Shown here: positions 21,441 to 30,839 of the stretch, piece by piece | How the letters are laid out: every line of letters begins with the position of its first letter | How positions within the stretch are numbered: the stretch's first letter is position 1 | The notes under the pieces: model-generated | Database searches by the model: none | Told to the model about the DNA's origin: nothing | What the model saw: only the letters and a program-made list of their open reading frames with translations | Virus record (IMG/VR): IMGVR_UViG_3300037067_021710 | DNA from: a virus | Lineage: Duplodnaviria; Caudoviricetes | Reading direction: 5' to 3' (one strand) | DNA: 64,000 nt | Translations under genes and position numbers: made by a program

Positions 21441-21513
21441 CTCTGTGAGCTAGACTCGAACTAGCGACCCTTTGATTAACAGTCAAATGCTCTACCAACT
21501 GAGCTATCACAGA
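21441..21513 (-). tRNA. tRNA-Asn(GTT)
   Basis: Acceptor TCTGTGA/TCACAGA, D arm GCTC/GAGC, anticodon arm TTTGA-CTGTTAA-TCAAA, T arm GCTAG-TTCGAGT-CTAGC; no encoded CCA. Confidence 0.93.
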
Positions 21514-21518
21514 ATATT

Positions 21519-21591
21519 GGGGGTGACTGGGATTCGAACCCAGAACTTTGCCTTTGTGAGGTAATGTTTTATCCAATAAACTATCTCCCCC
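21519..21591 (-). tRNA. tRNA-like or pseudo-tRNA with an atypical anticodon loop (TCACAAA)
   Basis: Cloverleaf with T arm CTGGG-TTCGAAT-CCCAG; acceptor has one mismatch and an extra G-C pair; anticodon stem mismatch; C at position 33. Confidence 0.55.
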
Positions 21592-21642
21592 GAAATAATT
21601 ACTGGGTCACTCTCCCAGCAGATTCTTTATTGACGTTGGACT

Positions 21643-21736
21643 TGAATGGGGCACGATTCGAACGTGCGTTTTAATAGCAGGTGGTGATTTAATAATTTTC
21701 CCCACTATATGCGATTGACCTCTCCGCCACCCATTC
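21643..21736 (-). tRNA. tRNA-like RNA with an extended irregular anticodon arm
   Basis: Perfect acceptor GAATGGG/CCCATTC, D arm GCG-GAGAGGTCAAT-CGC, T arm GCACG-TTCGAAT-CGTGC; no canonical 7-nt anticodon loop. Confidence 0.6.
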
Positions 21737-21740
21737 TAAT

Positions 21741-21857
21741 GCCAGTACTTTCCTGGCTGTCAGATTTTATGAGGGTTTAATCAGTTATCTCTGAAAATAC
21801 CAGCCCTACATTCTGTCAAGGTCTTTTGCTATCCTTGAGCTTCGGTACCTAAAGAGC
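21741..21857 (-). ncRNA. Candidate structured small RNA in the tRNA cluster
   Basis: Hairpins CAAGG..CCTTG, AGGG..CCCT and a terminal GCCAG-GAAAGTA-CTGGC; non-coding, between tRNA-like genes. Confidence 0.35.
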
Positions 21858-21859
21858 AT

Positions 21860-21986
21860 TGAAATTAGGCAGGATTCGAACCTGCTTACACCGTCGTGTA
21901 TGGGTTTTGATCTTTTCGGGTCCTTTGATCGTCATCGTTGGATTGCCCGTTTCCCATTGTGTCTGCCAAATTCCACCACTAATTTC
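21860..21986 (-). tRNA. Leu-type tRNA (likely CAA) with a structured insert of about 41 nt in the anticodon loop
   Basis: Acceptor GAAATTAG/CTAATTTC, Leu-type D arm GTGGAATTTGGCAGACAC, stem ATGGG/CCCAT around a 48-nt loop ending TCAAAA, long variable arm, T arm GCAGG-TTCGAAT-CCTGC. Confidence 0.65.
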
Positions 21987-21990
21987 ACTT

Positions 21991-22045
21991 TGGATTGTAT
22001 GAGAGTCGAACTCATCTGTACTTCTATCCCTCGATAAAACAACCC
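21991..22045 (-). ncRNA. Minimal tRNA-like RNA (acceptor stem, T arm and one hairpin)
   Basis: GGGTTGT/ACAATCC-A, ATGAG-TTCGACT-CTCAT, TTTATC/GATAGA. Confidence 0.45.
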
Positions 22046-22052
22046 TTTAATA

Positions 22053-22092
22053 AATAACCTAGACATTTTCTATAATAAATGTCTAGGTTATT
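22053..22092. repeat. Perfect 16-bp inverted repeat at the head of the tRNA cluster (terminator or processing site)
   Basis: AATAACCTAGACATTT-N8-AAATGTCTAGGTTATT. Confidence 0.65.
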
Positions 22093-22115
22093 GTTTTAAA
22101 ATTTTAAAACTTTCC

Positions 22116-22652
22116 TCAGTCCTCAGTATCAACAATCTTCATTTCTTTTCCAAACATAATAGCATACTCAGTTTTAATTATGTCTTGAATAGATTTGCAC
22201 TGGTCAATATACTGAGCCTGTTCAATAAGATTATTAATATCAAACTTGTCAAAATTTGAACGAAGTTCTGTAAGAGACTTTTCTTTATCAAGAATCTTAC
22301 TTGCAGCGTCATCATATGCAGCTTGATATTTAGTCTTAAGTCCCCGTTTCACCATTGGCCTCTTAGCAGCATCAAGAACTGCTTGACCCATTCCATATAC
22401 TTTGTCGAAAAAACCTTCACTCATACTATCATCTCCTTTATTAGATTTATTTTTTATGCTTTTAGAAGTTTGTAAAAACCCTATATCATCGTCATTTGAT
22501 AAAAATAAAGCTGCATAATGCATTCTAATATCTGGCCCTTGTTTACAAAGTTTTAAAGATATAGGGCAGTTAATGTCACACATTAAACTTACACAAGTTT
22601 TACCATTAGAATTTAGTATATCTTCAAGACCAGCTTTTATTTTTTCATTCAT
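22116..22652 (-). CDS. Cys-rich repeat domain fused to a helical domain; internal in-frame start likely
   Basis: N-terminus paralogous to the 22662-23123 protein; internal AAGGAG-N8-ATG (MSEGFF). Confidence 0.55.
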   Translation of the reverse strand: MNEKIKAGLEDILNSNGKTCVSLMCDINCPISLKLCKQGPDIRMHYAALFLSNDDDIGFLQTSKSIKNKSNKGDDSMSEGFFDKVYGMGQAVLDAAKRPMVKRGLKTKYQAAYDDAASKILDKEKSLTELRSNFDKFDINNLIEQAQYIDQCKSIQDIIKTEYAIMFGKEMKIVDTED

Positions 22653-22661
22653 ACTATACTT

Positions 22662-23123
22662 TTAATATGTTTGTTTTAATTTAATTTTCGGCAATATAAA
22701 TAAACTGCTTTTAAGTAATATAACCTTTGAAGGTTCTAAAACTGCTTGTATATCAAAACCTGTAGTTGATAATAACGGCAAACCAAGTTGTTCACTATAT
22801 ATTCGTCGAGCTTCTCTTAAACGAAGTATTGGGCCTTCAATGCAAAAACTTTTTAAAGGGCAAGTTTCAATTGTACAAAATCTCCCTGGAGCTTTACAAT
22901 TTATACCTTTACTATCAATAATACTTTTAAGAATTTCTACAGGAAAGGCTTTTTCAATTTTCTTTTGATTAGCTAATAATTCTTTAGCTTTTTGTATTCT
23001 AGCTTTAGGCCCATATCTACAATTATCTGGAGTTATAGGGCACTTATGGCAAATTAATTTTTCACAAGTTGTGCCATTAGAAGCTATAATGTCTTCAAGA
23101 CCTTTTATTATTTCTTCATTCAT
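22662..23123 (-). CDS. Protein with two Cys-rich repeats and a C-terminal LPKIKLKQTY tail
   Basis: Two copies of LxxIIxSxGxxC...C..CP...C..GP..R. Confidence 0.55.
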   Translation of the reverse strand: MNEEIIKGLEDIIASNGTTCEKLICHKCPITPDNCRYGPKARIQKAKELLANQKKIEKAFPVEILKSIIDSKGINCKAPGRFCTIETCPLKSFCIEGPILRLREARRIYSEQLGLPLLSTTGFDIQAVLEPSKVILLKSSLFILPKIKLKQTY

Positions 23124-23132
23124 AAGTAGCTC

Positions 23133-23783
23133 CTAATAAACTTGTTTTAGTTTTATTTTTGGCTTATTTATATTATACAAATCTGATCGTAAAAATGAAC
23201 TTTTTTCTATACAACCACTTTTAAATGTCGGTCCACTTACTAGTTCCTGATATCCAGAATTCTTCCAATCATTAGATAGTTTCATATCATAGAAAGGTAC
23301 AGAATCCTCTGGTATAGTAAGAATCATATTTGGATATATAATCCATTTATCAATTCCTTGTTTCTCATTGGGACTTAGCTCTCGGCCAAAAAGATAATCC
23401 ATACTATTAAAAGTAGTCCAGTCAATTTCTATTCTCCAATTGGGTCCAAATTCTTTTTCAAATTCTTCTTTAGTTTTAATTCGATATCGTTTAGTTTTGG
23501 GGGCATATTGAGAAAAATTATTACAGTGTTGACAACCCTCATTTAAACTCTGCTGCCATTTACAATCTGTTTTTATGCACCCTCTTTGTTCAAAGCCCTT
23601 GTAATTATTTTCAAGGCAAAAGGCAGCATATCCTTTATCTTTATTGCAGAAGTTTTCAGTTTTTTCATTATAATATTTACAAAAAACTCTATCACAAAGA
23701 TTTTCATTATATAGTCTTTTAAAGCTTACAATGTCTTTATTCAAAGTGGCTATTTTATCATTAAATTTTTGATACCCAAACAT
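23133..23783 (-). CDS. Cys-rich hypothetical protein with a C-terminal KPKIKLKQVY tail
   Basis: Start revised to MFGYQK after GAGGAG; early promoter at 23811-23839. Confidence 0.55.
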   Translation of the reverse strand: MFGYQKFNDKIATLNKDIVSFKRLYNENLCDRVFCKYYNEKTENFCNKDKGYAAFCLENNYKGFEQRGCIKTDCKWQQSLNEGCQHCNNFSQYAPKTKRYRIKTKEEFEKEFGPNWRIEIDWTTFNSMDYLFGRELSPNEKQGIDKWIIYPNMILTIPEDSVPFYDMKLSNDWKNSGYQELVSGPTFKSGCIEKSSFLRSDLYNINKPKIKLKQVY

Positions 23784-23810
23784 CGTATTCTCCTCAAAAT
23801 TAGTATAAAT

Positions 23811-23839
23811 ATAATACAAAACTAATAAGAATAAATAAC
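23811..23839 (-). promoter_or_regulatory. Putative early promoter
   Basis: GTTAT-N13-TTTTGTATTAT. Confidence 0.6.
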
Positions 23840-24033
23840 TATTTTATTGAAACTAAAGATCAATAATAAAAGCATGCCCACAATAAGGGCATTCTACCAT
23901 ATTCCAAGACACTCTTTGCCCTAGTGCATTATAAAATACTGGTTCATAAGAAAACTCTTTATGGCATGAATGACAATGTGTATTATTAATTATAGAGTCT
24001 TTCTTATGAAACCAATTAAAAAATTTCATTATA

Positions 24034-24744
24034 TTATTTCTCAAAAATCGATATAGCATCCTCAAGATTTGCTATTCCAGATTTAACCTCTTGAAGGTCT
24101 TTCTTAATATCTCTACCACGTTTAGCATTTTTTGTTTCTTTATACTTCAGCATTACAGCCTTTGTAAAATAAGGTTTTAGTATTTCACATTCAGTCTCTA
24201 CTACTTTAGCCCCATCAATTTTAATAGAATCAGCTAAATCGCAAATGTCTTTTTGAAGATCATAACTTCTTTCAAGACATTCATTCATAACATCAAAAAC
24301 TGTTCCAAATTTATTTGACGGTTCTTGTTCAGGGTATAGTTGAGTCCAGGCATGTATAAATTTCTTATAGTCTTTTTTATCATGTTTGTAATCTTCATGA
24401 ATTTCTTCATTTATAATAGGTTCAGCAATTGTAATAGTAATACCAGCTTTTTTAAGATATGAATCAATTCGATCAAACCAACCTAAAAACTGAAACCACT
24501 TAATAATAGCAATAAACTTATCAAGAAATACATGCAACTTAGGTGGAGAATCTTCATTAGGGTACCCACCTTTATAATAATTCATATCATGAATTTGTTT
24601 GTACTCTCGGGGTGATATACCACAAAGATAAAACGCTATCTTTTGAAGCGGATTCATACCTTTCTTATATAAATCATCATTAATTTCACGACGTACTTTT
24701 GAACACTCATCCACTTTGTCTACATATAAAGCTCTTTGTTGCAT
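24034..24744 (-). CDS. Hypothetical protein
   Basis: 236-aa ORF with AGGAG RBS. Confidence 0.55.
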   Translation of the reverse strand: MQQRALYVDKVDECSKVRREINDDLYKKGMNPLQKIAFYLCGISPREYKQIHDMNYYKGGYPNEDSPPKLHVFLDKFIAIIKWFQFLGWFDRIDSYLKKAGITITIAEPIINEEIHEDYKHDKKDYKKFIHAWTQLYPEQEPSNKFGTVFDVMNECLERSYDLQKDICDLADSIKIDGAKVVETECEILKPYFTKAVMLKYKETKNAKRGRDIKKDLQEVKSGIANLEDAISIFEK

Positions 24745-25616
24745 ACTATTACTCCTAAAATTTAATATAATTCCACATTAATCATTTTCCAAGTCTCATG
24801 AAATACTGTAAAACACTTATCACATTTTGTTAGTTTAATTGTTGTTGAAATAAGAGGGTCCCAAAGCTTACCACCACATAAAGGACATGTATAAGGATCT
24901 TTTAAATATGCTTGCTTTTGCTTAGGTGATAATTTAGCCAATTATACGCCACCATATAAAACCAGCAACCACCATCATAATACTTAATACTAATGCTTCT
25001 GGCCAATTCATAATAATTCTCCTTTATAGGGTAATAATACAAATCTACAATTAAAAAGAAACCAATTTTATGATATGTTTAAGAAAATCATACCCTATTA
25101 CAAAAGTAAGATAAATCATAAAGATACATATTACAGTTAAAACAACGTCAATTGTGGTGAATCTGGGTGCTTTTGATGATGATATACGCTCTTCCCATAT
25201 AGCTTTTATAGTAGACTTTTCAAAATATTCCCTAATTCTATCAAAAATTTCAAGGGCCCATAATAAACAATCTTTTAAAAACAACTTACTTCTATATTTA
25301 TAATAGCTGATTTTTGTTGAAGATATAGAAGCCGATTCTAAGGTATATTTACCACATCGAAGACAAACACGATTTGCAATTTTATAATCTTGATATAGAC
25401 TATAGAAAGGAACGCCCCATTCATGGCCTTTTATAAAACATAGTATTCGTTTCATACTATTGCCTCCACTTCGAATGTCTCAAACCACCCTTGATAATAT
25501 ACACCATTGCTAAAATATGATATCTCAAGAGTCATATATTGACCTCTATAGCAAATTGCAGTTATATATCCATCAAGTTCCAATAATTTAATTTTAACTT
25601 TGTCACCAAATTTCAT

Positions 25617-27290
25617 TCATTTCACCTCCTCGATGCGGGATATGGCGGCATTTATTTTCTTACAAAACTCCAATTCTGTTTGCCCCGGCTTTTTGATTAT
25701 AGATATCAGTTCATCCCTCTCCCCTGTGACGCGGGCGAGGGTGGATTGCAATTCACTTATCGGAACATATTCTATGTCATCACAATCTGAACCATAATTT
25801 GAAAGGTGATTGCATTTTCCGTCCCCGTAATAATTCACACATTCTTTTTTGCCTGTTTCTGAAAACTCACTCGACAAACAACACATATAAAGATGGCCCG
25901 TCATGTCTCATCCCTCCCTGCCGGTTGCGGCGGTAATTTCGTCTATGGTCTGGCCCGGCGTATGCTTATTCATGGGCGGCCTCCGATAGAATTGTTTCTT
26001 TTATGACTTTGACGCTATACGGATTTTCCATCTTCCGTAATGCCTCATGTCTATCTTCCGCCTCAACCTCAAATAACTGCTCAACTATTCTTTTTATCGT
26101 GTAGGTGTTCATTCCCCTGCCTCCTTAATGATGGATTGCCACGCGCTCCAATCTATACACGCTCTACATTTGTGCAACAATTCCTCCGCCGCCACCCTGC
26201 GCCGATGCTCGAGGTCGTAGAGGCGCTTGTAATCGATGGCCTCGACGTATTCCTTGCACGCATCACATCCATTAACATAGTCAGCCATATTACAATCATC
26301 ACCTTCGGCGAGATTATGGATGCATTTTAAATTGGGGTATTCAGTCATGTTTTTTACACTCCGAACTTACAACTTTTCCATACGGTTTCCAGTAACCACA
26401 CCTGCAAAACCAATACCTGAGATCTATAATATTCATAACTAAGCAATATAAAGCAGAACGATTTTTACCCATATCACCCCTCCTTGATCTTATTGAGGGC
26501 GGCGATATCATCTATCGTGTTTCCATCCGGGTCAATCCCAAGTTCCCGACATAATTTATACGATGCACCAGAACCGCAACCGAATAGTTCTTGAATCATC
26601 CAAGTATTGCGCGTGCGTTTATTCCACGCCTTACTCATTAAACGCCGCATATTAGATAATACAATTATACGCTCTGCCTTATACCGGTCGCGCTCGGCGG
26701 TGAATAGAATAATTTCAGCTATTAGGGATTCCGCTTGTTCCCTATCGTGTTCATACCACCGAGTACAATGACAGGTAGATAATTCCTGGAGCCATTCAAT
26801 TGGTGTTTTACTATCCATCCCCTTCCTCCTTACGCCCGTGGGCGGGTGTTAATCTTTTTATCTATCAAGTAATTTTTATAATGCCAGTCTACATCAGCAC
26901 GTTCGGAAATCGATAAATCTCCATACGGTTTCCCGCCGTGTCTGCTATACCATATTTCAAAATCAGTCCTTTCGTCATAATTGTAATCATAATCTTCGTA
27001 TGTTCCTTCCCCCATATCGCTACTCCCCCTTCCCCTCGGGCGGGGCGGGTAACAATGTTTTTATTTTTGAAATTAGCATATTATAGTCTATCTCTATAAT
27101 GTGCCCCGAAAAACCCTGCCCCTCTTTGGTGTAATTATTTGCGTCAATAAAATTGATCAATTCCTCCCGCACGTCACGCCAGCCGGGGGCGGGGATGTTT
27201 CCAACCCGATCAACACAACATTTTTTAACAGTACAGCAGTCTACTTTTGTTTTATCGTAATACTTACACTTCATATAATCCCTGCCTTTG
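25617..27290 (-). other. GC-richer island of short ORFs (25617-25904, 26109-26348, 26474-26818, 26830-27015, 27020-27274)
   Basis: Abrupt rise in G/C runs and CG dinucleotides; GGGAGG-type RBS; short Cys-containing ORFs. Confidence 0.6.
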
Positions 27291-27477
27291 TTCCCTTACT
27301 TATAACATCAAGTGCTTTTTCCATTAAATCGTCTTCTACAAAAAATATATCAACACCATTCCCAACAGCATCATGAGCGATATTATGTATAAGTTGACCC
27401 AATCTTAAATCAGGGTTTGTTTTCCAAACAGCCCTTAACTTATTTATAATTTTATCTATTCTTTTTGGGTCTCTCAT
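27271..27477 (-). CDS. YihD/DUF1040-like small protein
   Basis: MRDPKRI...WKTNPDLRLGQLI...DIFFVEDD. Confidence 0.6.
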   Translation of the reverse strand: MRDPKRIDKIINKLRAVWKTNPDLRLGQLIHNIAHDAVGNGVDIFFVEDDLMEKALDVISKGTKAGII

Positions 27478-27760
27478 AAAGGTCTCCTTATAAATAACAA
27501 ATTTTATATTGAATTTTTTAAATCTTCTAAAGAACCAAAAGCATCAACTTCATTGAATTCTCCATGGCAAGTAGCATAATGTTTTCTAGTTGCTCCAAAT
27601 CTATTCTCAAAATTTGCTTTACTATTACTAGGGTTCGCCTTAACATTATCAACATAACATCTTGATAACACTGAAGCTGAATGCACTTTATTATTTTTTA
27701 AATAATAAATTACTTGCCCTAAATTAAATTTAAACATAGGGTTCTCCTTTGAAATTTTTA

Positions 27761-28420
27761 CTATAAAATAAAGTCCATCCACCAATTACCATCAATAGCT
27801 TTATTTAAACCATACCAATTTGTATTGTCAATTCGCCCTTGAAGAAATTCATGCCAATGACCAAATATCCATAAGTCAGGTTTTAATTTTTCTAATACTA
27901 TATCAAGTACTTTTCTTGTTGGGTCTGCAACCATGTCAGTAAATGAGTATTTAGGTACTTCAAACACTGAAGGGCATGTATGACTTATAATTATATCAAC
28001 CTTATTTTGTGATAATACAAAGTCAAGGTCTTTTTGATCTAAAATTTCTTGAGGGAAATAATCATACCCAAAAGTTCTATATCGTTTATCAATTGAATCA
28101 GCTCCTCCAAGAAACATCACTCGCTTACCATTTAATTCAATGATAGACCCTATTGGGCAATAGAATACATTGCTCTCTACTTCAACTGGGTGCTTACTAT
28201 GTCGACCTACAATAGACTCATACATATTCCAGTCTTCATGATTGCCAGGTATTAAATACACTTTGCTATTACCAGGTTTTATTAAACCTTTAGCTTGCTT
28301 ACCTACCCAAAAATAACCATTATCACCACATTGGAAAACAATATCAGGTTGCTTTACTTCAATCAAAGTATTGAAAGCATTAAAATTACTATGTATATCA
28401 CCAACAGCAAGAATTTTCAT
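27761..28420 (-). CDS. Calcineurin-like metallophosphoesterase
   Basis: GDIH, CGDNG, GNHED, SHTCP, FGHWH. Confidence 0.9.
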   Translation of the reverse strand: MKILAVGDIHSNFNAFNTLIEVKQPDIVFQCGDNGYFWVGKQAKGLIKPGNSKVYLIPGNHEDWNMYESIVGRHSKHPVEVESNVFYCPIGSIIELNGKRVMFLGGADSIDKRYRTFGYDYFPQEILDQKDLDFVLSQNKVDIIISHTCPSVFEVPKYSFTDMVADPTRKVLDIVLEKLKPDLWIFGHWHEFLQGRIDNTNWYGLNKAIDGNWWMDFIL

Positions 28421-29525
28421 TTTTAAAAACTATTCTCCTTTAATATATAATACAACTTTAAAATTAAAAAATAACCTTAATTTTATGGATTAAGGTCAAT
28501 AGAGGTTGTAATGAAAAAATACTTGTAAATTAAGCGGAGGCCCATTTTTCCATTTAACAATTATTAGTATAAATAGTTCTATTAAGTTAACAATTTTGCA
28601 AAAAATACTTATTATATAAATTTTTATATAAATAATTTTATATAAATATTTTTACTTATCCATTTCAATAACAGAAGCTTTAAGAGTTTCTCCAAAGAAT
28701 ATTCGGTCAAATTCAGCTTGAGGTACTTCAAATTCCATAATTTTAATAAATTCAAATGTACCTTTTAGTTCTAATTCTTTAATTTGGCCTAATTCCTGTC
28801 GTAGATAAGTCGGGTTAATTTCATTTGTATATTCATCTACTGCAACTAGCAGTTCAGGAGCATATTCACCTTCATATTGTTCTTTTCTTTGGCCAAAAAT
28901 TGTTATTATTTTCATATAACCTCCAAGATAACTTTTGTGCCTTTCGGCAAGATTCGTACTATGAACGCAGTGCTTCCAGACCAACAGCTTTTTCTTGTAA
29001 GATTTGATAAATCTATAATACACAATTTATTAGAATGAGGCGATCTCATCACAATTGAACCATTATATTGTTCAACTTTATGGTCAATAATAACACCAAT
29101 TTCACCATAGTCCATTTTATTCATCGGTTTTATAACATCAATACTTTTTTCTTCTACTGTTGCCTTTATCATAAGGGTTTCTCCTTAGTTAATCAAATCT
29201 ACAAGACGAGTAAAATGGCATTCTACTTCTGATAATCCACAAGCATGACCATCTTGCCAAGCTATATCAAAACACAGTTCAGCTTTAGGGTTTAATTCAA
29301 CTTCGAATTCTTTAAAAAGAGCATACTTAAAGTCTACTCTTTCAATTTTTTGTATTTGCCGTGCATGATTTCTCAAAGCTTCAAGAAATTCTTCTTTTGT
29401 TTCAAAGTCTCTATTATCTGGAGGAATTAAATTTCTTACTTGATCTTCAAATTTTTCATAAATCATTTTGGGTCTCCTTTACTATTTAATAGTCATAATG
29501 TATTATATTACTATCAAAAAGTACA

Positions 29526-29557
29526 CCACTTTTTTCTATATTTTAAGAAAAAAGTGG
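29526..29557. terminator. 12-bp inverted repeat, probable terminator
   Basis: CCACTTTTTTCT-N8-AGAAAAAAGTGG. Confidence 0.45.
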
Positions 29558-29797
29558 CATTTATATAAGAAGGATTTTGATAATTTTAAAGAACTACAAC
29601 ATCTTCAGATTGCATAAAAACTTCAGTAATATTAGGCAATTGAACAAATTCTATAGAATTTATTACCTCTGAAAAATTAAGTGCTACTATAAATAAATCT
29701 TTACAGCGATTACCTTCTTCTGTAATTATCTCATACCCAACTCGAAACAACTTTTTCTTTTCCATTTCTACACCCCATTAAATTTTTATAATTTTAC

Positions 29798-30370
29798 TTA
29801 CCAGCTAAGATGTGCTTTTACTTCATAAGGGCCTGTATATAAACTATCATTTTTATCTATAACTCCTAATGTAATGGTCCAATACTTTGTTAGACACAAA
29901 AATTCAAGAATAGGCAAATGATCAATTACTACATAAACCTCTTTTTCATTTTCGCCATATCCTAATGTCATATACTTCGGGTCTGTGTAAGAAATATCAT
30001 GGCATGTATATAACTCACCATTAGGATCTTCAATTACTATTGATTCATAGTCTAAAGCAAGAGCTTCATTTGCTGTTAACCTAAAAATAACTGGCTGAAA
30101 TAACAAACAAAACTTGCTAACTGGATCTGTAATAATCTGAAATCCTTTACTAGTAGATATCTCAACTTTTTCTATAATTGGAGCTACTTTCTCTCGTGGT
30201 ATAATTGGAACAATAGGGTCTGGTTTACAATTACCACAATTTTGACTCATAGACCATGCTACTAACCAATCAGACATTTGCGCTTCTGTGTCAGTTACAC
30301 CATCAATTCCATCACAAGCAATAAAACTAAGAGACATTACCATAACCAATTGACTCAATAATTTTTTCAT
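29798..30370 (-). CDS. Putative lipoprotein
   Basis: MKKLL...SLSFIAC lipobox-like signal. Confidence 0.5.
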   Translation of the reverse strand: MKKLLSQLVMVMSLSFIACDGIDGVTDTEAQMSDWLVAWSMSQNCGNCKPDPIVPIIPREKVAPIIEKVEISTSKGFQIITDPVSKFCLLFQPVIFRLTANEALALDYESIVIEDPNGELYTCHDISYTDPKYMTLGYGENEKEVYVVIDHLPILEFLCLTKYWTITLGVIDKNDSLYTGPYEVKAHLSW

Positions 30371-30387
30371 TATCTTAAAACTCCTTA

Positions 30388-30825
30388 TTAAAATTTATAA
30401 CCAAAAATAAAACTGCCGCCATTTATATTAAAACTTTTTTCATAAATAGCATGAGAATACATCCAACTAAAGCCAAATGTAAATGAAGGCGTAATTTCTC
30501 GCATATATCCTACTCCTACACCTGGCAAAAGAACAATATGCTTATATGTATTTGAATAAGCCATAAACATAAGAGGCTGTATAAAAAACATATTCTTTTT
30601 TTCTTTAGAAAACTTTACCTCGCATTTTTCTGCTATTGACTTTTTAATAGTTTTCTGTTTCTGCTGTATTTTACTTGGTTTTATTACAGGCTTTTGAATA
30701 GGTTTAACAGTTTCAACTTCTGTTTTGGCCCAGCTTTGACATTTCCAAGTTTCAGTAGTTTGGGTATATCCACTACTAATTATAGTAAATATGCATATAC
30801 ACATGATAATAAAAGCTTTTTTCAT
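30388..30825 (-). CDS. Secreted protein with an outer-membrane beta-strand-like C-terminus
   Basis: Signal peptide; alternating strands GVGVGYM and FTFGFSW; ends FIFGYKF. Confidence 0.45.
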   Translation of the reverse strand: MKKAFIIMCICIFTIISSGYTQTTETWKCQSWAKTEVETVKPIQKPVIKPSKIQQKQKTIKKSIAEKCEVKFSKEKKNMFFIQPLMFMAYSNTYKHIVLLPGVGVGYMREITPSFTFGFSWMYSHAIYEKSFNINGGSFIFGYKF

Positions 30826-30839
30826 TTTCTCTAAACTCC

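Noticed and set aside
21519-21591. Assignment as tRNA-His, tRNA-Val or tRNA-Cys
   Set aside because: The extra G-C pair suggests His, but the loop reads ACA or CAC depending on register and lacks a properly placed U33. Identity cannot be assigned.
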